A stretch of 64,000 nt of DNA from Ginglymostoma cirratum (GCA_024137785.1 JAHRHZ010000144.1:51482801-51546800), one strand, 5' to 3'; shown: positions 12,259 to 25,345, numbered from the stretch's first letter. Notes: generated by a model from the sequence alone, not told the origin. Numbers and translations are program-made.

Positions 12259-14709
12259 TAAAACCTTTTGGGACTCAGAGAGACTGGATCACAATAGAGG
12301 ACGGCATATTATTATGGAAAGCAAGTGTGATTGTCCCAAGCAAAGATTGCCACCAGATATTGACTGAACTCCACCAGGGTCATGCAGGGGTTTCCAAAAT
12401 GACAAACTTGGTGAAAAGTTATGCCTGGCGGCCATGATTGGATGCCAACATAACCCCATTGGTGGGGCAGTGCCCAGGGTGCCAACAAGGATAAAAAGTA
12501 CAACCAGCAGCTCACCCACATTTGTGGGTATGGCCAGGTAAACCCTGGACTCGGTTACACATTGACTATGCAGGTCCTTTCATGGGCTGAATGTTCTTAA
12601 TCATTGTTGACGCTTGCTCAAAGAGGTCAGACATACAGAGAGATCATTTGTCATACACAGGGATGACAATAGAAAAACTGCATGCATCTTTTGCAATACA
12701 CAGACTCAGGAAGCATTGGTCACAGATAGCAAGCCATTGTTTACCAGCAGGGAACTTGAGAATTTCCAAAAGTTGAATAGTATTTATCATATTAGGACAG
12801 CTCCTTACCATCCATCATCGAATGGCCTGGCAGAAAGAGCAGTTCAAACTTTGAAGGCAAGCTTTTTCTTTAAGCCTACAGTTTCACGAGATAACAAACT
12901 GTCCTGGTTCCTATTTGATTATAGGACTGCTCCTCATGCAACTACAGGGATAGCTGCAACATAGTCGCTAATGGGGAGAAGACTCTGCACCAGGTTAAAT
13001 CTGATCTTCCTGGACCAAAGGGGAGGGTGAAATAGCATCAAGAATGTCAATGCTGGGCAAAAGACTCCATAAAGTGAGAGAGACAGTGTACTTCAGGGGA
13101 AGAGATTTGGTGTAGGAACCATGAGAATGGCCCTGCATAGCTAAGGGGCATGGTCGACATGAAGTCAGGTCCAGTGATTTATGAAATTTGGGTTGCTGAG
13201 CTGGTCCTGAACAAGCATGTGGACCACATGAAAGCTGCAAACTTGCAAACGGTGTGGAAGCAAAATGTGCCCGGCTCCTTGACTGCCTTTCCGACTGTTC
13301 TGGAACTCATGGATTCTCCCTCTCTGTCAAACATTGAAGATACCTTGAAATCTGCGGTGGACACAGCAAGTGTCGCCACCTCGCTGCCTTTGCCACCTAA
13401 AGAGAGAAATGAATTTCTTTTGAGATGCAAGAGGCGAGCTACTGTGCATTACATGCTGCCTGTATCAGAGGCAGAGTTGGAGGAATCTAACCCAGTGCTA
13501 AACTGCCCCAGGAGAAGCTACTAAATAAAAGAACTGGCCTATCTCCCTGGGCTCAGAGGGGGATTGATGTAGTGATTGTAACAAGGTTAGAGAGGTGGAC
13601 TTCATAGAATATGAGTTCCCTGATTGGACTGTTAAATCGGGCCAATCAGGGAGCCTTGGCTGATGTAACTCCAAAATACCACCAATCTGGTTAGATAAGT
13701 ACTGTTTGTTAGAATAAGATTATCTATTGATACAAAACAGCTCATATTTTCTATTGTCATTCTTAGGATTAAAGGCATTAAATGTAAGCTGTTGGATACC
13801 AATACGGAAAAAAAAATCAGTGTTTAATTTAAAGTTTCTCCCTCTATCAATACATTCAAATCTCAATGTAATTTCAAGCGAACTGATCCTTACTTGAGGT
13901 GTGAGAGCAGAAATGTAAAGCAGCAAGTGGCTAGCTAGCATGGTAATCCTACATTTTGACTTCCAGGCTAGATTTCTCTCTCATACCTACCTCCTGCAGC
14001 AACAACTTACTGAACAATAGACCAGCATGAGACTTTAGATTGCAGAAGACATTAAGGCAAATAGAGTTATAGAGTCATACAGCAGGGTAGCATGATAATT
14101 GCTGAACTCCTGGATATCCAAATTTCACACAATTTAGCACAAAATCACAGAATTCAAATCTTTAAAGATTCTGAGTGTTCCCATATTGTCAATAAAGGAA
14201 ATAGAAATTGAAAATCAAGCTTCGTCAGTCAGTGGCCCAGGTACTATGTTCAACTTTACATGACATATTATTATTCTGTAGTTCTCACAAACAGTGACCT
14301 GGATTTCTACCAGAATAGAACAATACCAAGATTAAACCCAAACCAATATTAAGTAGTTTTATTTATTTAAAAATTCAAGACCAATGTAATCTTCTAAACA
14401 AAATTCTAAATTAAGCGCAGTTGGACTTGGTGCATGAGACCACAACTTTGACAACAGAATGTTCAAAAAATGTGAATAATAACTTCTAATATAAAACGGA
14501 TTTGAGATTATCTTCTTAAAGATTATAATTTTTATTAAGTAACTGTATTGACTCCTTTATGTAATTAATTTGTAAAACTACTCAGAATACATTTCCTTTA
14601 CAGGATTAAATCTAGCTTGCATTTCATGCTGGAGGCAGGTGAACAATGGCAGTGACTCCTTGTCTTTATTTTTGTTCACGTCAGTCATGGGCATCACTGG
14701 CTGGTCAAT

Positions 14710-16620
14710 TCAGTTTGGATTCATTAAATCTTGGCTCCGACTGTGGGAGCATAGAGTCATAGTTAGTTTCTGGATGAGTTCCTTCTTCCAGTGGATGGAT
14801 TTACCCATGAGGACAGTGAAGTAGATCAAAGTAAACAGGATGACTAACATAGTCAGGTGCGATTGGAGATGTACGCATGGTTGTATCTGCATGTTTGAGC
14901 CCGAGTCTCAGAAGCCATCCCATCAATTAAACACTTTGATTTCCCTAATACCCTTTTGAACTTGCTCTGTCTGCTGAATAAAGGTAGTAAGAACTTTGTG
15001 TGCATTTGTCAATCGTGTTTGGACCTGCTGTGATTTTTCGGGTAGGAATTAAATATCGATATCTTACTTCTCCCAAGAATCCTTTAAAATTTGTTTGAGT
15101 TCGTCATTGACATTGACAAAGATCTCATTTCTCCTGTGGACATCTGTGAGTTTAATTTAGCCTACCCTGGCCAATATGTGCGGCCTAATACAAAACGTGG
15201 TGCTTTTGATGTTGCATGTGAAGGCCCCAAAGGAGCACGCAATGACTTCTTTTGTCGGCTGGCATTTTTCCAGAGTGCTACCCACAAGGCTATTCTTTTT
15301 CTCAACAGCGTACAGAGAATGCTGTCATATTCTAACAATACTCCCTCTCAGATAATGCTGACATTTTTCACCTCAAAGACATGTAATCCATTTTGATTTG
15401 GTGTTAATTGGGATCTTCAGTAGCATCCCCATGGCCTTTCCTGACTGAGTAGATTGGGATTATATTCATTGGAATTCAGAAGATTGAGGAGGGATCTTAT
15501 AGAAACATACAAAATTATGAAGGGAATAGACAAGTTAGGAGTAGAGAGAATGTTCCCACTGGCAGGTGAAGCTAGGACAAGAGGGCATAGCCTCAAGATT
15601 AGAGGGAGCAGATTTAGGACTCAATTGAGAAGGAAGTTCTTCACCCAGAGGGTTGTTAATCGATGGAATTCCTTGGCCAGTGAAGTAGTTGACGCTACTT
15701 CAGTAAACGATTTTAAAGCTAAGGTAGATTTTTTTTGAACAATAAAGGAATTAAGGGATACGGTGAGAGCGCGGGTAAGTGGATCTGAGTCCACAAAAAG
15801 ATCAGCCATGATCTTATTGAATGGTGGAGCAGGCTCGAAGGGCCGGATGGCCTATTCCTGCTCCTAGTTCTTATGTTCATATGTTCTATGGCCCCATTAC
15901 AAACTTCATTGGACCAGACTTTGGTCAGCTGCCTTAATTGACAATTTGAAATATTGGGAAGTCTCTTCCAGGGGAACACTTGCTCTATCTGCTTGATACT
16001 GATCCAAGATAGGACCTCTCCTTCCCTCGCCTACTTGAGATTCTCCTTCAACTGCTTGGTGAACCACTAGCCATAGATGATGCGCAGGGTTTAATTCTGC
16101 TGCCGTTTTTTACCATCTGTGTTTCCCTGGATTTTGTTTATAGTCCTGGGGTGCCTTTCTAGCAATGTTGTCAAGTGCTTTTCTCCCTGATTTTCTTTGA
16201 TCCCCACCCTCAGCATCTTGTTGACTGCCCAGATTAATTTTATACAAGACCTACATAATTTGTTGTGTTAACAATCTGAGTTTATTATCCAAATTAGCCA
16301 AATTGAGGGTATTGACTGTGAACACTCTGCTACGTAAGCTGTTGCCAAATACTTTGACATGTCTCTTTCACTATGCCCCGCTGGCCTGGGTCTGGCCTCT
16401 CCCGTGTCAATCCCTGTTTTCTGTCCTAATAGCTGATGAGTCAAATACAAACATAATTTCTGAAGTTGGATAGGGCACACCTTTGCTGTTGTCATCCTGG
16501 AGACCTGGTCAAGGTTGTGTTTGTTATTAACCTTGCATAATATCTGATCAAGTTTAGATACCACCTCACCCCTCTCCACCTGTGAGGACATTTTCTAACT
16601 CTGTCTGATCTTGGCCTGTG
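14710..16620 (-). pseudogene. env-like class I fusion protein remnant
   Basis: GHSERDMSKYLATAYVA (decayed cleavage site and fusion peptide), heptad TVNTLNLANLDNKLRLLTQQI, IYG*WFTKQLKENLK*AREGEVLSWIS, GMLLKIPI, VFEVKNVSII, LVGSTLEKCQPTKEVIACSFGAF, TM SHLTMLVILFTLIYFTVLM. Split by a CR1 insertion. Confidence 0.65.
15445..15890 (+). mobile_element. Young CR1-group LINE 3' end inserted in env
   Basis: GLYSLEFRRLRRDLIETYKIMKG...TRGHSLKI...FFTQRVVNRWNSL; tail ttcttatgttcatatgttctatg. Confidence 0.92.
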
Positions 16621-16884
16621 CTAGTTCGAACTGCTCTAAAAATTTTAATTTATCAAATTCTCCCAATTCCCCATTGGTCAATCAAAATGGAGGGATTGGA
16701 AGCGTGTTTGTGTGTTGGCATTATCAGAAATCCAGATAATTAAAATTTAGATGACGAGATGAAAAATGGCCAAATGTCAAAAATGATGATGGTGGCTACC
16801 TATAACACTCTATGGCGCTGCAGCCCTGTATGACCAGGATGGGTTGGCAGGTTCGGTCGACAGTGGTAGCAGAGGTTTATGACA

Positions 16885-17013
16885 GAGATAAAAGGTACTG
16901 CAGATGCTGAGAATCCGAGATAACAAGGCATGGGGCTGGATGAACACAGCAGGCCAAGCAGCATCATAGGAGCAGGAAAACTTGACGTTTCGGGCCTAGA
17001 CCCTTCATCAGAA
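16885..17013 (-). mobile_element. Penelope-like terminal fragment (family A) with 12-bp TSD
   Basis: TSD aggtttatgaca at 16873-16884 and 17014-17025. Confidence 0.9.
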
Positions 17014-17014
17014 A
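16981..17014 (-). ncRNA. Minimal type I hammerhead ribozyme motif with intact core (family A)
   Basis: Reverse complement reads UUU-CUGAUGA-A-GGGU-CUAG-GCCC-GAAAC-GUC-AAG: both conserved boxes, a 4-bp helix II and a GUC triplet. Confidence 0.72.
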
Positions 17015-17519
17015 GGTTTATGACATTGTCTTTAAAATGACCAGGATGGATTAGTGGAGCATCAGGGTTGGGGTGTAATGCTGGGGACTTGCTCCTCCAA
17101 CACATCATGGTGAGATTGTTAGAATGACTGTCTTTTTCAAGGGGTTGTCTCCATCTCTGGGTTAGAGTGCCACAAAGGATGCTTTCTTGAGTGGGCTGTC
17201 TCTAACCATTCTTTTAGCATCCAGGCAGCTGTGCCTTGATGCCTGCTTCTTCTGGCCACAATTGGTGGGACCAGCTATGGTTCAGTTCCAGAGGCTAAGC
17301 CTTAGGAGGGACAGTGTCCATGGCTGGTCCAGAATCTTGGCATGGATCAGTAACTGGGGCTGGTCCTGGATTGGGATTGGGATCAGGGATTTTGTTGGGG
17401 CTCAATCAATAACTGTTCTGGGGTCTGCTTCAGGACTTGGGTTTGGGTACACTTTCCCCAGTTCACCTAGAACAACATGAAGTTGGTGGCTGTTGCTTTG
17501 GGCTCTGTAGGCCTTTAAC

Positions 17520-20370
17520 TAATTAATATGGTTCCACCCAGTTTTTCCTGTATCTTGCAAAATTCTGTGCACGGAAGGGTTGGCCTTGTATGACCTCATA
17601 TTCTACAAGGTTCACCTTCCCATCAAGGTATGCCCTGCTCCGCTTTTTCCTTTCTGTCATTCTGAAGGCTGTTGCTGTGTGTACAGCCTGGACTTTCTCG
17701 CATAGAATTTTCACACTTTTCTTATGGCAGAGGTCTTCAACCTCAGGCTCTCCCAAATCCAGTCCTATTAAGAGTTCATTACCTATAATGGGGTGTTCTA
17801 TTATTTGTATGTGGGGTCGAATCCAGTTGAACAGGAAGATGAGTTCCTTATCAGCACGAAGACAAAGGGTAAAACTAGGTCACAGGTTGAGCTGTTTTAT
17901 TGGACAACTTTTCACAGTACCCCTTTGAGGATGCAATTCATCCTGTCTACAATCCTACTGGATTGAGGATGGTGGGTGATGTGGAATTTAGGCTGACACC
18001 AAATATATTCATCACTATACTACAGGGAAGACACCACTTGGGAACATGCTGAATTAAGATGACTGCTGCAGCTTTCGGGGTGTTTATTTGAGTGTGGAAT
18101 GCCTCCATCCATTTGCTAACAATATCCAATGATCAGAATATACTTTTATTCTCCTTTACAGAGTGGTAGGGGGCTGTCATAGTCTATTTGAAGGACAGCC
18201 CACAGTCGTGCTACCAACCTAATATACCTTAACTGTCCTTTATTGGAAAACTTGACTGGATTATTCTGGGCACAGATGAAACAATTCTTGACATAATGTT
18301 TTGTGTCTTTTCCCATTCCTGGCCACCAACACAATCCCTTAACTCTGTCAATCATGGTTTCTGTTTCTTGATGATCCTGGACATCATGGCTTTGAGAAAT
18401 CATTTGATTTTGTTTGTCGACTGGTAACACATACTGTCCATTATTAAGAACACAACTGTCCTTAGTACTTAACTTGTCCTCCCATTTGCTGTATGATGTG
18501 GGGATTGTTCCTTCCTGTATTTACCTTAACTCAGCATTGCTGGTCTGAGCCTGTACCAGGACTTTGATCTATGTTTGGCTCACAGCAACGGTGTCTATTT
18601 ATTCAGGAATGGGGTCTCCTTTGTAGTCAACTTGCTTGGCCAATTCATCTGCTGTTTTGTTCCCAGCTAGGGAAGTTCACTGGTGGGCTTTCACCTTAAT
18701 GATGCTGTATTTGTGGTCTTGAGCAGTTTGGACAATAAATTTGAGCAGTGGTGCAGATGGTAATGGTTTCCTGCCTGCCAAGATGAATCCCCTAGCTTCC
18801 CACAGTGGCAGGAAGTCAGTTAAACTGTTGCGGATATACACATTCTCCGAGTATTTGTTGGCTGGGGATGGGGAGGGATTTTTTTTTCTGACAATGTCGG
18901 CTCCAGCTGCTAGCTTGGCAGCCTGAGTGCTCACTTTGTTGGGGGGCTTCAGTGATAATTCTGTTCAGTGTCTGCCTCCGTGGTTCTATATATATACATA
19001 CCCTGCCTTTCAGTGTCCATCATTCACTGTAGGGGATGATTTATGAATATTCTTGTGGGGGGTGTCTCTCTTCTGCTCCCCAGGCCAGCTTGAGTCTTCC
19101 ACTGTTTGTTTTGGCACAAATGATACCTTCGGGACATTTGTTGCTGATACCTGACACTCATAGGGTTCTCTTCCATGACTTAAAGTATCGTCAAGGGAGC
19201 TGGGTGCTTTGGTTTGCTGGAACATAATGTTGTGAAGCTGTGAATGCAGACTCCAGTGCACTGTGTGGTTTTGGCTGACCGTACCATCTTTAACACTGCC
19301 ATCCAGTCAAAGTTGAATGGGGCTGTGCTCCATCAGAATGGATAGAGGGTTCAGGCCAATAACGTAGGCAAAATGTTGTAGTGCTGTGAATGTGGCTAGC
19401 AAGAGCTTCTAACACGTAAAGAAGTCCTGCTTTACTGTTGAAAGAATTCGGGAGACAAAGACAAATGGTCAGAGTTTATTGCATCATTCTTGGACAAATA
19501 CAGCTGCCAGTATGGATCCGTGGCTTCATGTTGCAAGGCAAAGGGAGGTTTTGGGTTGGGTACCTGCAATGTGAGGGCCTATATTAGGCCTGTTTAAATT
19601 CAACAACAGCATCTGTGTTCTGTTCAGTACATTCCCGAGAGGTAGACCTTTTAAAGAAATCGGAGAATGGGGTGACTTCATTGGTGAAACGAACAATGTG
19701 GTACCACTAAGTTCAGAAAAAAAGGCAACAGGCTCATGTCTCTTAGAAGGAGCAAACAGGTGATGGCCTTGATGCACTTCCCCTGTATTTCACATTTTCC
19801 CTGAGCTATCACAGACCTCAAGTATGAAATCTGGGACCTCATTATTTGTGTCTTCTTGGGGTTAACTTTTAGTTCTAGGATAGTGAGGAGGGCTACCAGT
19901 TCCTTTAAGAGTATTAAATGTCCAACCCTTGTCTCCTGTGCAGAAGGAGATTATCCACATAATATTAGCAAGCAATCTGGTTGTTAAAAACCTCTCACTG
20001 GACTGTGATGAAATGTTGACAAAAAATTATGAAACCCTGGGGAAAACAGGGTTTTCTGGCCCTGAACTCACAAGGTGATTTTATATTGGCAGTGTCAGCG
20101 AAGGAGCATGGACCAAAATCCATTACTAAAATCCACTAAATTGAAATATTTTGCCTGCAGGGCCCATCTAATCACAGTAGCCTGCCCGCTACTGTGTGCA
20201 TTGAGATTGGGGTGGTCTTATTTAGTTCTCTATAATCAATATTGAACCACCAAGAGCCATACAGTTTCTTAACCAGCCATATCTGCGCGTTATCAGTAGA
20301 TGCTACAGGAGCATAGAACACCTTGCTTTACCGAGCCACTAATGACCTTGACCACCTCCTCCTCTGCTTG
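17520..20370 (-). pseudogene. pol remnant: RT - tether RNase H - RNase H - integrase
   Basis: RT KQGVL..NAQIWLVKK..IDYRELNK and YVDNLL. Tether PFVFVSRIL..LLATFTALQHFAY. RNase H STQAAKLAA..NSLTDFLPLWEARGF..KVKAHQ..GNKTADELAK. IN SHD..H..WWPGMGKD..CFIC, LQIDY, DIVSKWMEAF, HHPQSS. Confidence 0.85.
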
Positions 20371-20540
20371 ATAAAAACCGAAAGAACTGCGGATGCTGTA
20401 AATCAGGAACAAAAACAGAAGTTGCTGGAAAAGCTCAGCAGGTCTGGCAGCATCTGTGAAGAAAAATTCAGAGTTAACGTTTTGGGTCCAGTGAACTTTC
20501 TCATGAGGAAGGGTCACTGGACCCGAAACGGTAACTCTGC
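20371..20540. mobile_element. Penelope-like terminal repeat (family C), inverted pair, in pol
   Basis: cagagttaacgttttgggtccagtgaac / ggtcactggacccgaaacggtaactctg mirror each other; flanks ctctgc(t/a)tg. Confidence 0.8.
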
Positions 20541-20564
20541 ATGTCAGCAAAGTCCAATATACGT

Positions 20565-21191
20565 CATTATGGACTAGACCAAAGCCCCACAAAATTGTAT
20601 CGAGGAGGAAGCATAGGACCATAATTTTTTTATTTCTTTAAAGGTGCTGTGTTCTAGATTTGTTTCACATTTTATTTTCACAACACAGTTAAAATACAAA
20701 CAGAAAAGAGGAATTGGTGTAACTTTAACTCTGTTGAAATACTTAATAAAATAATATTTCTTTTTAACTGCTAATCATCAACTGTTCCAATATAGCAGCA
20801 TTCCAGAAACACACCCTTGGCAAAGGCAAATTCAGCAATATAGATTTCCCACACATGCTATCTCCTCACCAGTCCAGGAGACAGGAACAGCAAAAGAAAC
20901 AATCTAGCAGCAGAGAGAGAATCAAGCATTTTGCCGCAGCAGAGAGAGCTGTATCTGTCAGCTTCAACAGCTTTAACAACCAACTCCAAATCCCAACTGA
21001 AAGCAAGAAAGTATAAACCTGACTCCACCCACTCAGCCTTCTTTTGTCTAATTTAATAAAAGAAAACAATCTGGGATATCAAAGCTGTTTATCCACTGTT
21101 TCTGAAGCAGACATGTTGGTACCATGGTGCCAACACCCCTCTTCAAGAGAAACGGGACAGCACATCTCTTAAAAGGCACAGTATCATCACA
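20565..21191 (-). mobile_element. Probable solo LTR of an unrelated element
   Basis: Minus strand starts TGTGATGATAC and ends ...ggtctagtccataa with AATAAA near the end; it interrupts the retroelement's coding frame. Confidence 0.55.
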
Positions 21192-21254
21192 AAGTCACCA
21201 ACAACTCCTATGAACACAAGCACCTGGAAAATGTAGTTGGGTGTTCTCCCTTAC

Positions 21255-24200
21255 ATAGAACACAGAAGATAGAACATAGAGCATAGAGCATAGAACATAG
21301 AACTCTACAGCACAGTACAGGCCCTACGTCCCACGATGTTGTGCCGACCTCTTATCCTACTAAGATTAATCTACCCTGCATACCCTACATTTTACTGTCC
21401 TCCATGTGCCTATCTAAGAACCGCTTAAAATTCTCTAAAGTATCTGACTCCACTACCACTGCCGGCAGTGCATTCCACATGCCCACCACTCTGTGTGTGA
21501 AGAATCTACCTCTGACATCTCCCCTATACCTTCCTCCAATCACTTTAAAATTATGCCCCCTCGTAATACTCATTTCCACCCTGGGAAAAAGTCTCTGACT
21601 ATCCGCTCTATCCATGCCTCTCATCATCTTGTAAATCTCTATCAAGTCACCTCTCATCCTTCTTCGCTCCAATGAAAAAAGCCCCAGCTCCCTCAACCTT
21701 TCCTCATAAGATCTGCCCTCTAGTCCAGGCAGCATCCTGGTAAATCTCCTTTGTACCATCTCTAAAGCTTCCACATCTTTCCTGTAATGAGGTGACCAGA
21801 ACTGAACACAATATTCCAAGTGTGGTCTAACCAGAGTTTTATAGAGCTGCAGCATAATCTCACAGCTTTTAAACTCAATTCCCCTCCCGATGAAAGCCAA
21901 CACACCATACGCCTTCTTTACAACCCTATCAACTTGGGTCGCAACTTTAAGTGATCTATGGACATGGACCCCAAGATCCCTCTGTTCCTCCACACTGCCG
22001 AGAATCCTGCCATTAACCCTATATTCTCCATTCAAATTCGACCTTCCAAAATGAATCACTTCACATTTGTCTGGGTTGAATTCCATCTGCCACTTCTTTG
22101 CCCAGCTCTGCATCCTGTCAATGTCCTGTTGTAACCTACGACAGCTCTCCATGCTGTCCATAACTCCACCAACCTTTGTGTCATTACTAACCCACACTTC
22201 CACTTCTTCATCCAAGTCATTTATAAAGATCACAAAGAGCAGAGGTCCCAGAACAGATCCCTGCGGCACACCACTGGTCACTGAGCTCCAGGCTTCCATC
22301 TACTGCCACTCTCTGTCTTCTATTGGACAGCGAGTTTTGTATCCAGACAGCCAAATTTCCCTGAATCCCATGCCTCCTTACTTTCTGAATGAGCCTACCA
22401 TGTGGAACCTTATTGAATGCCTTGCTAAAATCCATATACTCCACATCCACTGCTTTGCCTTCATCGATGTGTTTTGTCACATCCCCAAAGAATTCAGCAA
22501 GACTTGTGAGGCATTACCTGCTCCTCACAAAGCCATGCTGATTATTTTTAATCAAACTGCGCTTTTCTAAATAATCATAAATACTGTCTCTCAGAATCCT
22601 CTCCAATAATTTTCCCACCACAGAAGTAAGACTGACTGGTCTGTAATTTCCAGGATTATCCCTTTTCCCTTTCTTGAACAAGGGAATGACATTTGCCACA
22701 CTCCAATCTTCTGGCACTACTCCAGTGGACAGTGAGGATGCAAAGATCAATGCCAAAGGGGCAGCAATCTCTTCCTTTGCTTCCCGTAGTAACCTTGGTT
22801 ATATCCTGTCTGGCCCAGGGGACTTATCTATCCCTCATGTTTTTCAAGATTTCTAGCACATCCTCCTTCCTAACAACAACCTGTTCGAGCATATCTGCCT
22901 GTTTCATACTGTTCTCACAAACAACAAGGTCCCTCTCACTGGTGAATACTGAAGCAAAGTTTTCATTAAGGACCTCCCCTACCTCCTCCTGTTCCATGCA
23001 CAAGTTCCCTCCACTATCCCTGATTGGGCCTACCCTCACTCTGGCCATCCTCTTGTTCCTCACATAAGTATAGAAAGCCTTGGGGTTTTCCTTGATCCTA
23101 CCTGCCAAGGCTTTCTCATACCCCTTTCTAGCTCTCCTAAGTCCATTCTTCAGTTCCTTCCTGGCTACCTTGTAGACCTCTAGAGGCCTGTCCAGTCCTT
23201 GCTTCCTCAACCTTAAGTAAGCTTCATTCTTCCTCTTGACTAGATGTTCAACATATCTTGTCATCCAAGGTTCCTTCACCTTACTATCCTTTTGTTGCCT
23301 CAGTGGGACAAATATATCCAGTACTTGTAGCAACTGCTCCCTAAACAGCCTCTACAATTCTATCATGCATTTCCCTGAGAACATTTGATCCCAATTGGTG
23401 CTTCGTAGTTCTTGCCTAATAGCATTGTAATTCCCCCTTCCCCAATTAAATACTTTCCCATACCGTCCGCTCCTATCCCTCTCCATGACTATGGTAAAAG
23501 TCAGGGAGTTGTGATCACTATCACCGAAATGCTCTCCCACCGAGAGTTCTGACACCTGACCTGGTTCATTGCCAAGCACCAAATCCAATATGGCCTCCCC
23601 TCTAGTCGGCCTATCTACATATTGAGTCAGAAATCCTTCCTGGACACATCTGACAAAATCTGCTCCATCCAAACTATTTGCACTTAGGAGGTTCCAGTCT
23701 GTATTAGGGAAGTTGAAGTCACCCATGACGACAACCCTATTACTTTTGCACCTCTCCCAATCTGTTCCTCAGCATCTCTGTTACTACTGGGGGGTCTATA
23801 GAAAACTCCCAATAAAGTGACTGCTCCTTTCCTGTTTCTGACTTCCACCCATACTGACTCAATGGAGAAACCCTCCTCAGCAACCTCCCCTTCTGCAGCT
23901 GTGATACCATTCCTGATTAGGAATGCCACTCCCCCAACTCTTTTACCTCCCTCCTATTTCTTTTGAAACATCTATACCCTGGAACATCCAGCAACCATTC
24001 CTGCCCCTGTTATCCAAGTCTCTGTAATGGCCACAACATTGTAGTTCTAAATACTGATCCATGATCTAAGTTTGCCACCCTTACTCCTGACACTTCTTGA
24101 ATTGAAGCAGACACACCTCAACCCATCGCACTGACTGCCACTCTGCCCGATCAACTGCTTATCCTTCCTCACAGACTCTCTGCTTGCTCTATCTGTCTAT

Positions 24201-25345
24201 ATACTGGCTACCCCATCCTCTGATCTGTGGCTCCTGTTCCCATCCCCCTCCTGAAGTTTAAACCCTCCAGAAGAGCTCTAGCAAGCCTCCCACCCAGGAT
24301 ATTGTTGCCCCTCCAGTTCAGGTGCAATCCATCCTTCCTGTACAGATCCCACCTTCCCCAGAAGGTATCCCAATGATTCACAAACCTGAAGCCCTCCGTC
24401 CGACACTAGCTCTGTAGCCACGTGTTCAGCTGCGCTCTCTCTCTGTTTCTCGCCTCGCTAGTCCATGGCACTGGTAGTAATCCTGAGATTACTACTCTAC
24501 TCGTCCTAGCTTTCAGCTTCCATCCTAACTCCCTATAATCACTTTTCAGGTCCTCATCCTTTTTCCTAGTTATGTGATTGGTATCGATGTGTACCACGAC
24601 TTCCGACTGCTTTCCCTCCCCCTTAAGAATCCTGTAGACTCAATCTGAGACATCCCTGACCCTGGCACCCAGGAGGCAACATACCATCCGGGAGTCTCGC
24701 TCAGTACCACAGAATCTCCTGTCTGCTCCCCTAATCAGTGAATCTCCTATCACTATCGGTCTCCTATTCTTCCCCCTTGTCTTCTGAACCACAGAGCCAG
24801 GCTTAGTGCCAGAGACCTGGCCGCCATGGCTTTCCCCTGCTAGGTTGTCCCCCACAACAGTATCCAAAGCGATATACTTATTATTGAGGGGAACGGCTAC
24901 AGGTGATCCCTGCACTGTCTGCCTATTCTCTTTCCCCGTCCTGACAGTCACCCAGCTACCTTTGTTCTATACCTTGGGTGTGACCACCTCCCTGTAAATC
25001 CTCTCTATCACCCCCTCAGCCTCCCAAATGATCTGGAGTTCATCCAGCTCCAGCTCCAGTTCCCTAACACTGTCTGTGAGGAGCTGGAGTTGGGTGCACT
25101 TCTCGCAGGTGAAGTCATCCCACATTCTACAAGAGGAGCATGCAACTGCTCCTAGCTTCCATTACCTCTACTCTAGATTTCCAGAAGAATAAAGAAAAAT
25201 AAACCTTACCTTACCAACCCTTTTTTTTGGTTAGAGGAGGAGGATGGGTGGGAGACACTACATGTGTAGTGTTTCGGGTTTAGCCAATGCCCGAATATAT
25301 TAGTTCACTTCCCTGCTCGTGCTCTCAGCACTCCCAACGCTGAAC
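21255..25345 (-). mobile_element. Near full-length CR1 LINE (ORF1 zinc finger + SGNH esterase; ORF2 EN + RT)
   Basis: ORF1 CSSC..CEKC, IVIGDSLIRG, VVISGLLPVP. EN GVFYRPP, MGDFNFP, SDHN. RT GNYRPVSLTS, DFSKAF, GVPQGSVLGPLLF. (ttctatg)n tail; 4-nt TSD ttac. Several frameshifts. Confidence 0.96.

Larger units (their letters stand above)
10635..13663 (+). mobile_element. Internally deleted Gypsy/Ty3 LTR retrotransposon
   Basis: 5' LTR ~10635-10857 ending CA, PBS-like gtggcaatgag. RT motifs FIKLDMRHVYLQL and FLGLVNYN. Integrase LHQGHAG..CPGC, HIDYAGP, APYHPSSNGLAERAVQTLK. PPT agagggggga (13555); truncated 3' LTR 13568-13663 matching the 5' LTR. Confidence 0.9.

Noticed and set aside
21385-22299. 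Functional host reverse transcriptase gene
   Set aside because: Part of a frameshifted CR1 ORF2 whose catalytic FADD motif is deleted (WVSNDTK).
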